From positions 52,512-116,511 of the forward strand of contig CACWKX010000002.1 of NCBI GenBank assembly GCA_902761585.1: DNA of 64,000 nt. Direction: 5' to 3'. Shown here one piece after another: positions 1 through 10,030 of this stretch. Numbering within the stretch: position 1 is the stretch's first letter; each line of letters starts with the position of its first letter. The translations under genes and the position numbers were made by a program. The DNA comes from an uncultured Lachnospiraceae bacterium. GTDB taxonomy: Bacteria; Bacillota; Clostridia; Lachnospirales; Lachnospiraceae. The notes beneath the pieces were generated by a model. That model made no database searches and was not told the DNA's origin. It was given only the letters and a program-made list of their open reading frames with translations.

Positions 1-154
1 GATCAGACGGCGACGCAAAGGGATCTCCCTGCACATGGACAATATGCAGGGCATACGTCCCGAAGTCATAGCTTCCCGCAAGAGATTTATAGGCCGGATA
101 CCCTCGGTGGTCGATGCTCCGCAGCATGTGAAGCAGGTCATCTTTTGTCTTCAT
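1..154 (-). CDS. ABC-class ATPase domain protein (ABC_ATPase family), N-terminal part only; runs off the window
   Basis: Manual translation from the ATG at 154 gives MKTKDDLLHMLRSIDHRGYPAYKSLAGSYDFGTYALHIVHVQGDPFASPS; AYK and HVQGDPFA match this family's N-terminus. ATGA overlap with the upstream stop. Not in the ORF track. Confidence 0.7.
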   Translation of the reverse strand, partial: MKTKDDLLHMLRSIDHRGYPAYKSLAGSYDFGTYALHIVHVQGDPFASPSD

Positions 155-813
155 GAAACGCCTCCATTCCGCCGCTGCACGGCGGCACTGTGTTCATCTG
201 CTACCCAGATAAACGCTTTTGCAGTCCGGATGTCTGCATCCATAAAATGATTTCCCTTGTTCCACTCCAGCACACAGTCTGTACCGCGCGCCTTGAAAAG
301 GGCTGCTGCCTCACGGATCCTGTCTCCTACCTTCGCCATGACAGGATTACGGGTCCGCTCTTCCCGGTCTCCAAGACTCAGGTAAACCCTCCCGCACCGG
401 ACCGGCTGCTCTTTCAGGAAGGTATCAAATCCGGGAAACCAGACAGACGGTGAGGCCGCAGCGACACCTGCAAACTGGTCGGTCCGGCAGGCCGCCCAAA
501 GCGCAAACAGCCCTGCCAGCGAATATCCGCCGATGTAATATGTCTTCTCCTTGTCGGTGCAGTAACTCAGTATCTCGTCGAGTGTCCCCTGCGCCCCATC
601 TCCGAAGGCTTCATCTCCAAATACAGCAGGTGCTTCCCAGGGTGACAGATCCCGGTTCCAGTCTTCTACCTTGAATGCCAGCAGTCTGAAATCTTTGCGA
701 AGCTGAGCCCTGATTGCTGCAATCTCATGTTTCATCCCCTCAAGGTCATGGTCATCGACCGGCTGAAGCAGGACGAGATCCGCTGCAGGGCTTCCATATT
801 CCAATACGTTCAT
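151..813 (-). CDS. alpha/beta hydrolase (esterase-like)
   Basis: 220 aa; GGYSLAG nucleophile elbow, ASPSVW, late GNHF His motif. Confidence 0.75.
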   Translation of the reverse strand: MNVLEYGSPAADLVLLQPVDDHDLEGMKHEIAAIRAQLRKDFRLLAFKVEDWNRDLSPWEAPAVFGDEAFGDGAQGTLDEILSYCTDKEKTYYIGGYSLAGLFALWAACRTDQFAGVAAASPSVWFPGFDTFLKEQPVRCGRVYLSLGDREERTRNPVMAKVGDRIREAAALFKARGTDCVLEWNKGNHFMDADIRTAKAFIWVADEHSAAVQRRNGGVS

Positions 814-898
814 AGGAAATTCCTCTCCTCTGATCTGTCTGCGTTTCTGACAATGTGGATTTTGGCAGGATGCATCCGAATGAGTGGCAGGTCATACT

Positions 899-930
899 AA
901 AAAATCCCGGAAACAAATTGTTTCCGGGAT
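899..930 (-). terminator. Rho-independent terminator after rpsI
   Basis: 12-bp stem atcccggaaaca/tgtttccgggat followed by a U-run on the minus strand. Confidence 0.85.
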
Positions 931-944
931 GAAAGGCATCCTCA

Positions 945-1337
945 TTACCTCTTGCTGAACTGAGGTGCTCTGCGGGCCTTCTTCAGACCATACTTCTTAC
1001 GTTCCTTCATACGAGGATCTCTCGTCAGGAAGCCTGCATCCTTCAGCGGCTTTCTGTACTCCGGATCTGCCTCCAGAAGGGCACGGGAGATGCCGTGGCG
1101 GATGGCACCGGCCTGTCCGGTTGTGCCGCCGCCGTTGACGTTGACCAGGACATCAAACTTGTCCGCATTCTCGGTCAGTACAAGCGGCTGACGAACGATG
1201 GTCTTCAGCGTCTCAAGACCGAAGTACTCATCGATATCTCTCTTGTTGATCGTGATCTTTCCGGTTCCCGCTACAAGATAGACGCGGGCAACAGAGCTCT
1301 TTCTTCTTCCGGTTCCGTAGAACTTATCGCTAGCCAA
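945..1337 (-). CDS. rpsI: 30S ribosomal protein S9
   Basis: [12 protein letters not shown]...[11 protein letters not shown]; TTG start. Confidence 0.99.
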   Translation of the reverse strand: MASDKFYGTGRRKSSVARVYLVAGTGKITINKRDIDEYFGLETLKTIVRQPLVLTENADKFDVLVNVNGGGTTGQAGAIRHGISRALLEADPEYRKPLKDAGFLTRDPRMKERKKYGLKKARRAPQFSKR

Positions 1338-1354
1338 AGTACGTTCCCTCCCTC

Positions 1355-1783
1355 TTAGAATGTAAGCGTCTCAGGATTCTGCGCCTGATGCTTGTGATCC
1401 GGGCCTGCATAGACAAACAGCTTCTTCTGCATCTGTCTTCCGAGCGATCCATGAGGAAGCATTCCGAATACTGCGTGCTCGATAACCTTTTCCGGCTTTG
1501 TCGCAATCGCCTCGCGAAGGCTTGTGAACTTTGCCCCGCCGACGAACTTGGAGTGCGTGAAATAGGTCTTCTGGTCAAGCTTCTTACCGGTGGTCTTCAC
1601 CTTCTCAGCATTGACAACGATCACATAATCCCCGGTATCAAGGAACGGTGTATAGGTCGGCTTATTCTTTCCTCTGAGGACAGAAGCGACTTCACTGGCC
1701 AGACGTCCAAGCGTCTTACCGTTTGCATCGACTACATACCACTTTCTTTCGATCGTAGATGGTGTCGCCATATAGGTTTTCAT
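1355..1783 (-). CDS. rplM: 50S ribosomal protein L13
   Basis: [26 protein letters not shown]; start moved to MKTYMA at 1783, behind a GGAGG SD. Confidence 0.99.
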   Translation of the reverse strand: MKTYMATPSTIERKWYVVDANGKTLGRLASEVASVLRGKNKPTYTPFLDTGDYVIVVNAEKVKTTGKKLDQKTYFTHSKFVGGAKFTSLREAIATKPEKVIEHAVFGMLPHGSLGRQMQKKLFVYAGPDHKHQAQNPETLTF

Positions 1784-1789
1784 CGATTT

Positions 1790-1935
1790 TCCTCCATTAT
1801 CAGCATTACGTCCGCAGCCGAGAGTGCTGCGTCTTACGATGGACTGGCAGAAGTTATATCCGCCCTTCCTGGTATGGAAAAGCGTTCTTTCCGGTAAACG
1901 CTTATCACTCAGAGATGAGCGGCTCATAGCCGCAC
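1790..1935 (-). promoter_or_regulatory. Structured 5' leader of rplM-rpsI (probable ribosomal-protein autoregulatory leader)
   Basis: ~150 nt between promoter and rplM with several hairpins (gcggct-atg-agccgc; aagcgtt...aacgctt). Family identity not verified. Confidence 0.5.
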
Positions 1936-1941
1936 TGAATT

Positions 1942-1970
1942 ATTATATTCATGACGGCAACCCCTGTCAA
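1942..1970 (-). promoter_or_regulatory. sigma-A promoter of rplM
   Basis: TTGACA-N17-TATAAT, perfect consensus. Confidence 0.85.
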
Positions 1971-2722
1971 CCCCTCTGTTTATCATCCAGATATTCAATT
2001 CCCATCAGTGTCAGGCCCTCCGGCCGCGCCGTGTCCCCGGCAAGGCTTCTGTCCTTCGCCTCGAGCACGGTCTTCATCCCTTCCGGCTTCATCTGACCGC
2101 CGCCGACTCTCAGGAGTGTGCCCGCGATGATGCGCACCATGTTGTAGAGGAAGCCGTCTCCGGTGATCTGAAGCGTGATCATATCCCCCTCACGCCGGAC
2201 AGAGATCTCCTCAATCGTGCGCACATGGTTCGGCCTGTCCGGCTTTGCCGTGCAGAAGGAGGAAAAATCATGCCGCCCCAGAAGGTAATGCGCAGCCTTG
2301 TCCATTTTCTCCGCATCGAGCGGATAATAGTAAAAGGTAGAGTAGCGCGACACCAGGGGGTTCTGGACCGGCCTGTTCCAGATCTGATAGCGGTAGGTTT
2401 TGCGCACCCGGCAGAAACGCGGGTGGAAGGTTTCCGGCACCTGTTCGGATTTCTGAATCCGGATATCGGACGGCAGCCTCGTGTTCATCGCGATGGCAAT
2501 CTTGTCCACCGGCATTCTGGCCTGCGTGTTGAACACCGCGACATTCCCCAGCGCGTGCACCCCTGCATCCGTCCGGCTTGCGCCTGTCACATGGATCTCC
2601 TCCTTCAACAGCTCAGACAGATGCCTGTCGAGCTCGGCCTCGATCGTATCTCCTTCCGGCTGAATCTGCCAGCCATGATAATGGGTCCCGTCATAGGCGA
2701 CCGTCAGTTTGACTCTTTTCAT
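1967..2722 (-). CDS. truA: tRNA pseudouridine(38-40) synthase
   Basis: AYDGTHYHGWQ, GASRTDAGVHA, GFLYNMVRII. Confidence 0.97.
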   Translation of the reverse strand: MKRVKLTVAYDGTHYHGWQIQPEGDTIEAELDRHLSELLKEEIHVTGASRTDAGVHALGNVAVFNTQARMPVDKIAIAMNTRLPSDIRIQKSEQVPETFHPRFCRVRKTYRYQIWNRPVQNPLVSRYSTFYYYPLDAEKMDKAAHYLLGRHDFSSFCTAKPDRPNHVRTIEEISVRREGDMITLQITGDGFLYNMVRIIAGTLLRVGGGQMKPEGMKTVLEAKDRSLAGDTARPEGLTLMGIEYLDDKQRG

Positions 2723-3525
2723 ATCTTTACAAAAATTCTCAACAGAATCTGTGCGGCAACATAGCCTGCCATTACCAGAAACGCGATCCAGTCCTTTCTG
2801 TGATAGACCAGCGGCTTCATCTTCGTCCTTCCAGCCCCGCCGTGATACCCTCTCGCCTCCATTGCAAGCGCGAGGTCATTCGCGCGGCGAAAGGCTGAGA
2901 CAAACAGCGGGACGAGGAGCGGCACCATCGCCTTCACCCTGTGGAAAACGCCGCCCGACTGGAAATCCGCTCCCCTGGCTTCCTGCGCCCGCATGATTTT
3001 GTCCGTCTCATCCATCAGAATCGGGATGAACCGCAGCGCGATGCTCATCATCATTGCAATCTCATGAACCGGTACATGAAGCCTGTTCATCCATCCGAGC
3101 CCTGACTCCAGCCCGTCTGTCAGGCTGTTCGGTGTCGTGGTGAACGTCAGAATGCTGGAACCGATGATCAGATACGTCAGGCGGACCGCCATATGGATCG
3201 CAAACCGGATGCCCTCCTCCGTCATCTTCAGCTTCCAGATCTGAAGCACAGCGGTGCCCGGCGTCATGAACAGATTGAACAGAATCGTAATCAGCATCAG
3301 GATGAAGATGGGCTTCAGGCCCTTCAGGATGTAGCGCAGCGGCACCCTCGACACGGCGACCACTGTCAGCACAGCCACTGTCGCGAGCGCATAGGCACTG
3401 ATCGAGCTGAATGTAAACAGAGAGATAATAAAGACGAGGGTTCCGAGCAGCTTGACGCGCGGATCCAGCCTGTGGATCAGGGAATTTCCAGGGTAATACT
3501 GGCCGATTGTCATATCCTTCAGCAT
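2719..3525 (-). CDS. ecfT: ECF transporter transmembrane component T
   Basis: IHRLDPRVK, ALRFIP, QEARG, AMEARGY. Confidence 0.95.
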   Translation of the reverse strand: MLKDMTIGQYYPGNSLIHRLDPRVKLLGTLVFIISLFTFSSISAYALATVAVLTVVAVSRVPLRYILKGLKPIFILMLITILFNLFMTPGTAVLQIWKLKMTEEGIRFAIHMAVRLTYLIIGSSILTFTTTPNSLTDGLESGLGWMNRLHVPVHEIAMMMSIALRFIPILMDETDKIMRAQEARGADFQSGGVFHRVKAMVPLLVPLFVSAFRRANDLALAMEARGYHGGAGRTKMKPLVYHRKDWIAFLVMAGYVAAQILLRIFVKI

Positions 3526-4382
3526 TTCACCCCTGCCTTCCTGAGCACCTCCAGAATCTCATCCGCCGCCTCCGCCTGCGTCGTCACATCCTGGCTGACG
3601 TCCCATCCTTTTCCCCGAAGAGCCCGCATGACATAGGTCACCTGCGGCGCTGCAAGTCCGATCGACTCCAGCTCCTCCACATGAGAAAACACCTTTGCGG
3701 GGATATCGTCATACAGCACCTTTCCCTTGTCGAGAACGATGATCCGGCTGGCATAGTCTGCCACATCCTCCATGCTGTGTGAAACCAGCACGACGGTGAT
3801 GCCAGACTCCCGGTGCAGCTGTTTCAGCACTCCCAGGATGTCATCCCGCCCCTTCGGGTCCAGACCCGCTGTCGGCTCATCCAGCACCAGCACCTCCGGG
3901 TTCATCGCCAGAATCCCGGCAATCGCAACCCTGCGCTTCTGTCCGCCGGACAGCTCGAACGGGGACTTGCCCTCATAGTGCTCATCGAGTCCGACCATGC
4001 GCATCGCCGCCCTGGCGCGCCCTTCTGCCTCTTCGGCTGAAAGCCCCTGGTTCTTCGGTCCGAAACAAATATCCTTCAGCACCGTCGTCTCAAAGATCTG
4101 GTATTCCGGGTACTGGAACACCAGGCCGACCCGGAACCGGAGCTGCCGCATCGGGTATCCGTCCTCATAGATATTCTTGCCATCGACGAAAATCTGCCCG
4201 GAAGAAGCCCGGTTCAGCCCGTTCAGATGCTGGATCAGCGTCGATTTTCCCGACCCCGTATGGCCGATGATTCCGATGAATTCCCCGCTCCGGATGGTCA
4301 GGCTGATGTCATCGAGCGCCTTCTTCTCGTAAGAGGTCCCCAGGCCGTATATGTAATTAAGATGCTCGATTCTGATCTCCAT
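3519..4382 (-). CDS. ecfA2: ECF transporter ATPase A2
   Basis: GHTGSGKST, VFQYPEYQ, LSGGQKRR, LDEPTAGLDP. Confidence 0.95.
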   Translation of the reverse strand: MEIRIEHLNYIYGLGTSYEKKALDDISLTIRSGEFIGIIGHTGSGKSTLIQHLNGLNRASSGQIFVDGKNIYEDGYPMRQLRFRVGLVFQYPEYQIFETTVLKDICFGPKNQGLSAEEAEGRARAAMRMVGLDEHYEGKSPFELSGGQKRRVAIAGILAMNPEVLVLDEPTAGLDPKGRDDILGVLKQLHRESGITVVLVSHSMEDVADYASRIIVLDKGKVLYDDIPAKVFSHVEELESIGLAAPQVTYVMRALRGKGWDVSQDVTTQAEAADEILEVLRKAGVKC

Positions 4383-5250
4383 GCCTGATCTTCTCCAGCT
4401 CCTCTGTCAGCTCTTCCACCGTCAGGATCCCATCCGGAAGCGGAACGCCCCGCTCCTTCAGCCTGTCCGCAAGTTCCGTGACAAAGGGGACATCCAGACG
4501 GATTTCCTTCAGTGCGCGGACATTTGAGAAGACTTCTCTCGGTGTACCTGACATCACAACAGCCCCCTCGTCCATGACAAGAACCCGGTCTGCGTAAATC
4601 ACCTCTTCCATATAATGGGTGATTAAGATGACGGTGATCCCATCTGTCCTGTTCAGCTCACGGACTGTCCGGATGACCTCCGCCCGTCCGCCTGGATCCA
4701 GCATCGCCGTCGGCTCATCCAGCACGATGCATTTCGGCTTCATCGCAATCACTCCCGCAATCGCGACACGCTGCTTCTGGCCTCCGGAGAGTCTGTTCGG
4801 GGAGCTTTCCCGGTATTCCCACATGCCGACAGCCTTCAGGGCCTTCCGGACTCTCTCCCAGATCTCCTTCGTCGGAACCCCCATATTCTCAGGGCCAAAC
4901 CCTGCATCCTCCTCCACGACGGAGGCGATGATCTGATTGTCCGGGTTCTGGAACACCATGCCGGCCGCCTGCCGGATTGCCCCGACATTCTTCTCTTCCC
5001 GGGTGTCCAGTCCGTCTACAAAAAGAGTACCTCCCGATGGGACGAGCAGCGCATTCAGCTGCCTGGCAAGCGTCGACTTTCCGGAACCATTGTGCCCCAG
5101 AATCGCGATGAACTGTCCTTCCTTCACATCAAGGCTGACACCCTTCAGCGCCCTGTAGGAAGCGTCCACATTGCCGTCGTCGTCATAATGGAGGTACTCG
5201 TATGTCAGATCATGTCCTTCTATGATCGATCTTCTGTCTGAACTCTTCAT
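4357..5250 (-). CDS. ecfA1: ECF transporter ATPase A1
   Basis: GHNGSGKST, VFQNPDNQ, LSGGQKQR, DEPTAMLDP. Confidence 0.95.
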   Translation of the reverse strand: MKSSDRRSIIEGHDLTYEYLHYDDDGNVDASYRALKGVSLDVKEGQFIAILGHNGSGKSTLARQLNALLVPSGGTLFVDGLDTREEKNVGAIRQAAGMVFQNPDNQIIASVVEEDAGFGPENMGVPTKEIWERVRKALKAVGMWEYRESSPNRLSGGQKQRVAIAGVIAMKPKCIVLDEPTAMLDPGGRAEVIRTVRELNRTDGITVILITHYMEEVIYADRVLVMDEGAVVMSGTPREVFSNVRALKEIRLDVPFVTELADRLKERGVPLPDGILTVEELTEELEKIRHGDQNRAS

Positions 5251-6281
5251 CCTGATATTCTTCTTACCGACTGTCCCTCCCGCAGTTTCGCCGGGAATAT
5301 GCGATACCTTCTCCCCGTCTTCTCGTTGATCAGCTCAAAGAGAATCCGGCTTGCTTCCGTTGTCATCTCTCTGATCGGCTGCTCGATTGTAGTCAGCGAG
5401 GGCTGATAATAATATGCCTGATCCAGGCCGTCAAATCCGGCGACGGACACATCCTCCGGCACCCTCATCCCTGCATCAAAGATTGCCTTGCAGGCTCCGA
5501 TTGCGATCACATCCGCAATTGCATACACCGCAGTAAAGGATACGCCCCGGTTTAAAAGTCTCTTCGTCTGCTGATAGCCATTCTGCATCGTATAGGTCTG
5601 CTCATCCGGGTTCATCGTGACAACGAGAGACTCGTCATACTCAATTCCGTTGTCCCTCAGCGCTCTCTTGTAGCCCTCAAGACGAAGCGTCCCGATGCTG
5701 GAATCCCGCGCCAGAGAGGTCAGAATGGCAATCCGCCGATGTCCCATCCGGCAGAGATAATCGACCATCCGGTAGCTCTCGGCTTCATCATCGATGGAAA
5801 CAACCCCGAAGTTGTCAAGGCTCTCCTCCAGCACAGCATTCACGGTACATATGACATATGGAACAGTCAGCTGATGAAGCAGGTCTTCCCTCGGGTGAGA
5901 AGCGCCTCCCAGGAATATGATTCCTTTCAGCCGCTTCTCCTTCTCAAGGCGGATTGCAACTTCTATCTCATTCTCATCCTCATCGACCTGCTGCAGGACA
6001 AACAGGTACTGCTTTCCCAGGATATCACGTTCCAGCATCTGAACCATCGCGCCGAAGAGCGGATTGCTGATCCCCTTTGCCAGGACTGCGATTGTGTTAC
6101 TTTCAGACCGCTTCAGGTTCCGGGCACTGTTGTTTGGAATATATTGGTATTCCGCAATGGTGTCAAGGATCTTTTTCTTCGTCTCCGGATTGATATCCGG
6201 GTGGTTGTTAATCGCACGGGAGACCGTGCTGACACCGACTCCGCAGATCTTTGCTATTTCCTTAATTGTGATCTGTTCCAT
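5247..6281 (-). CDS. LacI-family transcriptional regulator (MalR-like by context)
   Basis: TIKEIAKICGVGVSTVSRAIN HTH and DVSVAGFD; start set at MEQIT (6281). Confidence 0.93.
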   Translation of the reverse strand: MEQITIKEIAKICGVGVSTVSRAINNHPDINPETKKKILDTIAEYQYIPNNSARNLKRSESNTIAVLAKGISNPLFGAMVQMLERDILGKQYLFVLQQVDEDENEIEVAIRLEKEKRLKGIIFLGGASHPREDLLHQLTVPYVICTVNAVLEESLDNFGVVSIDDEAESYRMVDYLCRMGHRRIAILTSLARDSSIGTLRLEGYKRALRDNGIEYDESLVVTMNPDEQTYTMQNGYQQTKRLLNRGVSFTAVYAIADVIAIGACKAIFDAGMRVPEDVSVAGFDGLDQAYYYQPSLTTIEQPIREMTTEASRILFELINEKTGRRYRIFPAKLREGQSVRRISG

Positions 6282-6328
6282 GTTGTATCGTTCCTTCCGT
6301 CTCACCCGAAAAGACCGCAGACTCAAGC

Positions 6329-6357
6329 ATTATAGCAAGTACCGCAGGCAGATGCAA
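6329..6357 (-). promoter_or_regulatory. sigma-A promoter of the LacI gene
   Basis: TTGCAT-N17-TATAAT. Confidence 0.7.
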
Positions 6358-6386
6358 TGATCCGTATGCAGGCACAGATGCTGTCC

Positions 6387-6448
6387 CGCACTCGATGATG
6401 AGCGGTCGCCTTCATCTCCTGCTTCGCACTCGATGATGTGCGGTCGCC
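6387..6448. repeat. Dispersed 41-bp intergenic repeat, full copy A (6408-6448) plus a tandem partial copy (6387-6410)
   Basis: cgcactcgatgatg(a/t)gcggtcgcc occurs twice with a 38-bp period; related copies at 23491 and 62325. Confidence 0.85.
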
Positions 6449-6504
6449 AGGAGCCATGATATGCAAGCAAGCTTTCATCATGACTTCTGGCTCGTCGCCT
6501 TCAC

Positions 6505-6541
6505 AAAAAGATGGCAGGGCTTTCTCAACCTGCCCTGCCAT
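6505..6541 (-). terminator. Rho-independent terminator after malQ
   Basis: atggcagggc/gccctgccat stem plus U-run. Confidence 0.8.
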
Positions 6542-6548
6542 CCATCAG

Positions 6549-8057
6549 TCACTTCGTATCTCTCTGTGTCAGTCTGCCGGAAATCTTCGTCAGCCTCCTG
6601 ATCTCCGCGGCCAGTTCATCTGAGAACTCTCCCTTTCTCAATCTCCAGCACCAGTTTCCACCGGTTGTGGAAGGATGATTCATCCTCGCCCAGCTGTCAA
6701 GGTTCAAATAGTCCTGCATCGGAATCACGCAGGTATCTGAGACGCTCTCCATTGCAAGCCGGATAAACTGCCAGGTTTTCTCCTTCCTCGGTACATCTGC
6801 AAGTCCAAGATAATCATCCGCGAGCTTTCTGTCGTCGTCTGACAGCTCATCGTACCACGCATACAGCGTCTGGTTATCGTGCGTACCCGTGTAGACGATC
6901 GAATTGTGCGGATAATTATACGGCAGATAGTTTCCGGAGTCCCTCGAGTCAAATGCAAACTCGATGACCTTCATCCCCGGGAATCCGGAGTCCTTTACCA
7001 GCTGGATGACCGATGGCGTCAAAAACCCGAGATCCTCCGCAATGATCGACTTTGAAGTCACCTTCGGGTTCTCCGCAAGCGCACGGAACAGCTTCATGCC
7101 GGGGCCCGGCATCCACTTTCCCTTCACTGCGTTCACACTTCCGTAGGGAATGGAATAATACTCATCGAATCCGCGGAAATGATCGACCCGGACGACATCA
7201 TACAGTTTGAGGCAGTGATCGATTCTTCTCTTCCACCAGGAGAAGTTTGTCTTTTCATGATAGCCCCAGTCGTAAAGCGGGTTGCCCCAGAGTTGTCCGT
7301 CGGCCGAAAATGCATCTGGCGGGCAGCCTGCGACGGCTTTCGGCCTTCCGTCCTCATCCACCTGGAACATTTCCGGATGCGCCCAGAAATCCGAGCTGTC
7401 CGGTGACACATAGATCGGAATGTCCCCGATGATCTCAATGCCATGATCATTGGCATACTTCTTGAGGCTGCTCCACTGGGCCGCAAACATATACTGGAGG
7501 AAGCAGTAGAAACGGATCTCTCCGCTGTATGCCTCCTTTGCCTTCCGGAGTGTCTCCTGATCTCTCTTTCTCAGCTCAAGCGGCCATTCCTGAAAGCTTT
7601 TCCCATCATTTGCATTCTTGATCGCCATAAACAGCGCATAGTCCGGAAGCCAGTCCTCGTTCTCCGAGAAGAACTTCTGATAATCCGCTGTCTGATCAAA
7701 GCGGCTTCTCCCGCAGGCAAGCTTCAGAACCGTAAAACGGTTTGTATAGAGCTTGTAATAGTCGACCTTCGTCTCGTCCCCCTGCCCGAAATCGACTGTC
7801 TCTACCTCGCTCTTCTTCAGAAGCCCTTCCTCAATCAGAGCGTCCAGGTCGATAAAGTACGGATTACCTGCAAAAGCAGAGAAGGACTGGTAGGGAGAGT
7901 CCCCGTACCCTGTCGGCCCAAGCGGGAGGATCTGCCAGTAATGCTGGCCAGCAGCTTCCAGCTGGTCAACAACCTGGCGGGCACTCTTTGAAAATGTTCC
8001 GATTCCGTATGGTGACGGAAGGCTGGAAATCGGAAGCAGGATTCCTGCATATCTCAT
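6549..8057 (-). CDS. malQ: 4-alpha-glucanotransferase (GH77)
   Basis: WQILPLGPTGYGDSPY, GDIPIYV, WGNPLYDW, RVDHFRGF, IAEDLG, YTGTHDN. Confidence 0.97.
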   Translation of the reverse strand: MRYAGILLPISSLPSPYGIGTFSKSARQVVDQLEAAGQHYWQILPLGPTGYGDSPYQSFSAFAGNPYFIDLDALIEEGLLKKSEVETVDFGQGDETKVDYYKLYTNRFTVLKLACGRSRFDQTADYQKFFSENEDWLPDYALFMAIKNANDGKSFQEWPLELRKRDQETLRKAKEAYSGEIRFYCFLQYMFAAQWSSLKKYANDHGIEIIGDIPIYVSPDSSDFWAHPEMFQVDEDGRPKAVAGCPPDAFSADGQLWGNPLYDWGYHEKTNFSWWKRRIDHCLKLYDVVRVDHFRGFDEYYSIPYGSVNAVKGKWMPGPGMKLFRALAENPKVTSKSIIAEDLGFLTPSVIQLVKDSGFPGMKVIEFAFDSRDSGNYLPYNYPHNSIVYTGTHDNQTLYAWYDELSDDDRKLADDYLGLADVPRKEKTWQFIRLAMESVSDTCVIPMQDYLNLDSWARMNHPSTTGGNWCWRLRKGEFSDELAAEIRRLTKISGRLTQRDTK

Positions 8058-8087
8058 GTACGTGCATTTCCTTTCATGCGTTTTTCA

Positions 8088-9020
8088 TCAGCCCTTGACG
8101 GCTCCGGCCAGAACACCCTCAATGATGTACTTCTGTGCAAATGCATAGAAGATCACGATCGGGATGATGGCCATGACCAGTACCGCCATCATGGCGCCCC
8201 AGTCAATGTTTCCGTGGGACTGCTTCAGATACTGGACTGCGATCGGGATGGTCTTGTACTTGTTGATATTCAAAACCAGTGCCGGAAGCAGGTAGTCGTT
8301 CCAGATCCACATGGACTCGAGGATTGTGACCGTCATGACAGTCGGCTTCATGATCGGCAGCACAACCTTGAAGAAGGTCTGCACCGGCGAACACCCGTCG
8401 ATCATCGCGGCTTCCTCAATCTCAAGGGAAATACTCTTGACGAAGCCGGTGAACATAAACACGGCGAGCCCTGCGCCGAATCCCAGGTACACAACGATGA
8501 TACCAACCGGATTACCGAGATGCAGGATGTTCGCGAACTTGGACAGCGTGAACATGACCATCTGGAACGGTACGATCATCGAGAACAGGCACAGGATGTA
8601 GAACAGGGAAGTGAACTTCGACTTCACACGCACGATGTACCATGCTGCCATGGAGGTGCAGAGAATGATCGCGATGACGGAGAATACCGTGATGAACAGG
8701 GAGAATCCGAATGCTCTCGGGAATCCGGTCTTGTTCCATGCATTCACATAGTTTCTCATGCCGAAGAACACCTGCTTGATGCCCTTCTCCCACTTCTCAG
8801 CTCCGTCGCTGAACAGAGAGTACCTGCTGATTCCAAACGGGTTCTTGAATATAAACGCCTTCTTCTTGAAGGAGTTCAGGGTGACGACGACGAGCGGATA
8901 GATCCAGATCAGGGATATGATCGTGAAAATCACGGTCAGCAGGCCGCCGTGTCTGGCGCGGCGTACAGTTGAAACCTCCTGCGCTGCCTTGTTCAGCTTC
9001 TTTGCCTTTGCCATGGTCAC
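8088..9020 (-). CDS. Carbohydrate ABC transporter permease (MalG-like)
   Basis: EIEEAAMIDG EAA motif, VPFQ, WIWNDYL; start could be GTG 9020 or ATG 9014. Confidence 0.93.
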   Translation of the reverse strand: MTMAKAKKLNKAAQEVSTVRRARHGGLLTVIFTIISLIWIYPLVVVTLNSFKKKAFIFKNPFGISRYSLFSDGAEKWEKGIKQVFFGMRNYVNAWNKTGFPRAFGFSLFITVFSVIAIILCTSMAAWYIVRVKSKFTSLFYILCLFSMIVPFQMVMFTLSKFANILHLGNPVGIIVVYLGFGAGLAVFMFTGFVKSISLEIEEAAMIDGCSPVQTFFKVVLPIMKPTVMTVTILESMWIWNDYLLPALVLNINKYKTIPIAVQYLKQSHGNIDWGAMMAVLVMAIIPIVIFYAFAQKYIIEGVLAGAVKG

Positions 9021-9871
9021 GCCACCTCCTTGCTTCTGGACATCTTATTCTGAATCAGCGAGATCACACCGACCAGAATGAAGAAGATCACTGCCTTTGC
9101 CTGGCCGACACCCTGCCAGCCGGTCGAACCATACATCGTTGTGTAGATGTTCAGGGCAAGCAGCTCAGACAGATGGTTCGGGTTGCCGCCTGTCAGTGCG
9201 AGGTTCTGATCGAAGAGCTTGAAACCATTCGTCAGTGTCAGGAAGGTGCAGATGGTGATGGTCGGAGCCAGCATCGGAAGCGTGACATAGCGGAGCAGCT
9301 GTCTGCTGTTCGCTCCGTCAATCTCGGCTGCCTCGATCAGATCCGGCGAGATGTTCTGAATCCCGGCGATGTAGATGACCATCATGTACCCGATCTGCTG
9401 CCAGCACACAACGATGACCAGACTCCAGAATGCGCTCCACTGAGAGGTGGTGATCGTCATTCTGTAATTCTGAAGAACAGCGTTGAAAATCATCATCCAG
9501 ATGTAGGACAGGACAATTCCGCCGATCAGGTTTGGAAGGAAGAATGCAGTCCGGAAGAAATTCGTTCCTCTGATTCCCTTCGTCAGTGCCAGTGCGATCG
9601 CAAATGCAACGACATTGATGATCACGACCGTCACGACCGTAAACAGTGACGTATACCAGATGGAATGAAGGAAGGTCGTGTCAACCTTGCCATTCACAAC
9701 AAAGATTCTGGAAAAGTTCTTGAATCCTACCCATTTCCAGTCTGTCACAGTCGTAAACTTGCAGAATGACAGGAAGATTCCATAGAAGAACGGGATGATG
9801 AAGCCGATCAGGAATGCAATCGCTGTCGGCAGCATGAATAATGGAAAATATTTCTTGATTGACTTTTGCAT
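9017..9871 (-). CDS. Carbohydrate ABC transporter permease (MalF-like)
   Basis: LIEAAEIDGA EAA motif, FKLFD; start set at MQKSIKKY. Confidence 0.93.
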   Translation of the reverse strand: MQKSIKKYFPLFMLPTAIAFLIGFIIPFFYGIFLSFCKFTTVTDWKWVGFKNFSRIFVVNGKVDTTFLHSIWYTSLFTVVTVVIINVVAFAIALALTKGIRGTNFFRTAFFLPNLIGGIVLSYIWMMIFNAVLQNYRMTITTSQWSAFWSLVIVVCWQQIGYMMVIYIAGIQNISPDLIEAAEIDGANSRQLLRYVTLPMLAPTITICTFLTLTNGFKLFDQNLALTGGNPNHLSELLALNIYTTMYGSTGWQGVGQAKAVIFFILVGVISLIQNKMSRSKEVA

Positions 9872-9934
9872 AAAATTTCTCCCTCGCCATGGCTCAGCTC
9901 CGGTTCCCTCATCAGGCACCAGCCGATTCGTGAG

Positions 9935-9972
9935 AAAAAAGGGGATGAGTTCCGTATCTGCAACTCATCCCC
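9935..9972 (-). terminator. Terminator or stabilising hairpin after the binding-protein gene
   Basis: ggggatgagtt/aactcatcccc stem plus U6. Confidence 0.8.
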
Positions 9973-10030
9973 GGTGATTCACATTCTCTTCATCAAGGAG
10001 ATTTTCTGTCCTTTGCCGGACATCCGATCT

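Noticed and set aside
868-895. Possible further copy of the 41-bp dispersed repeat (gcatccgaatgagtggcaggtca)
   Set aside because: Needs gaps and the similarity is weak, even though it also lies next to a terminator.
6323-6541. 72-aa ORF across the malQ-lacI spacer
   Set aside because: Starts inside the malQ terminator, crosses the repeat and the promoter, and has no SD.
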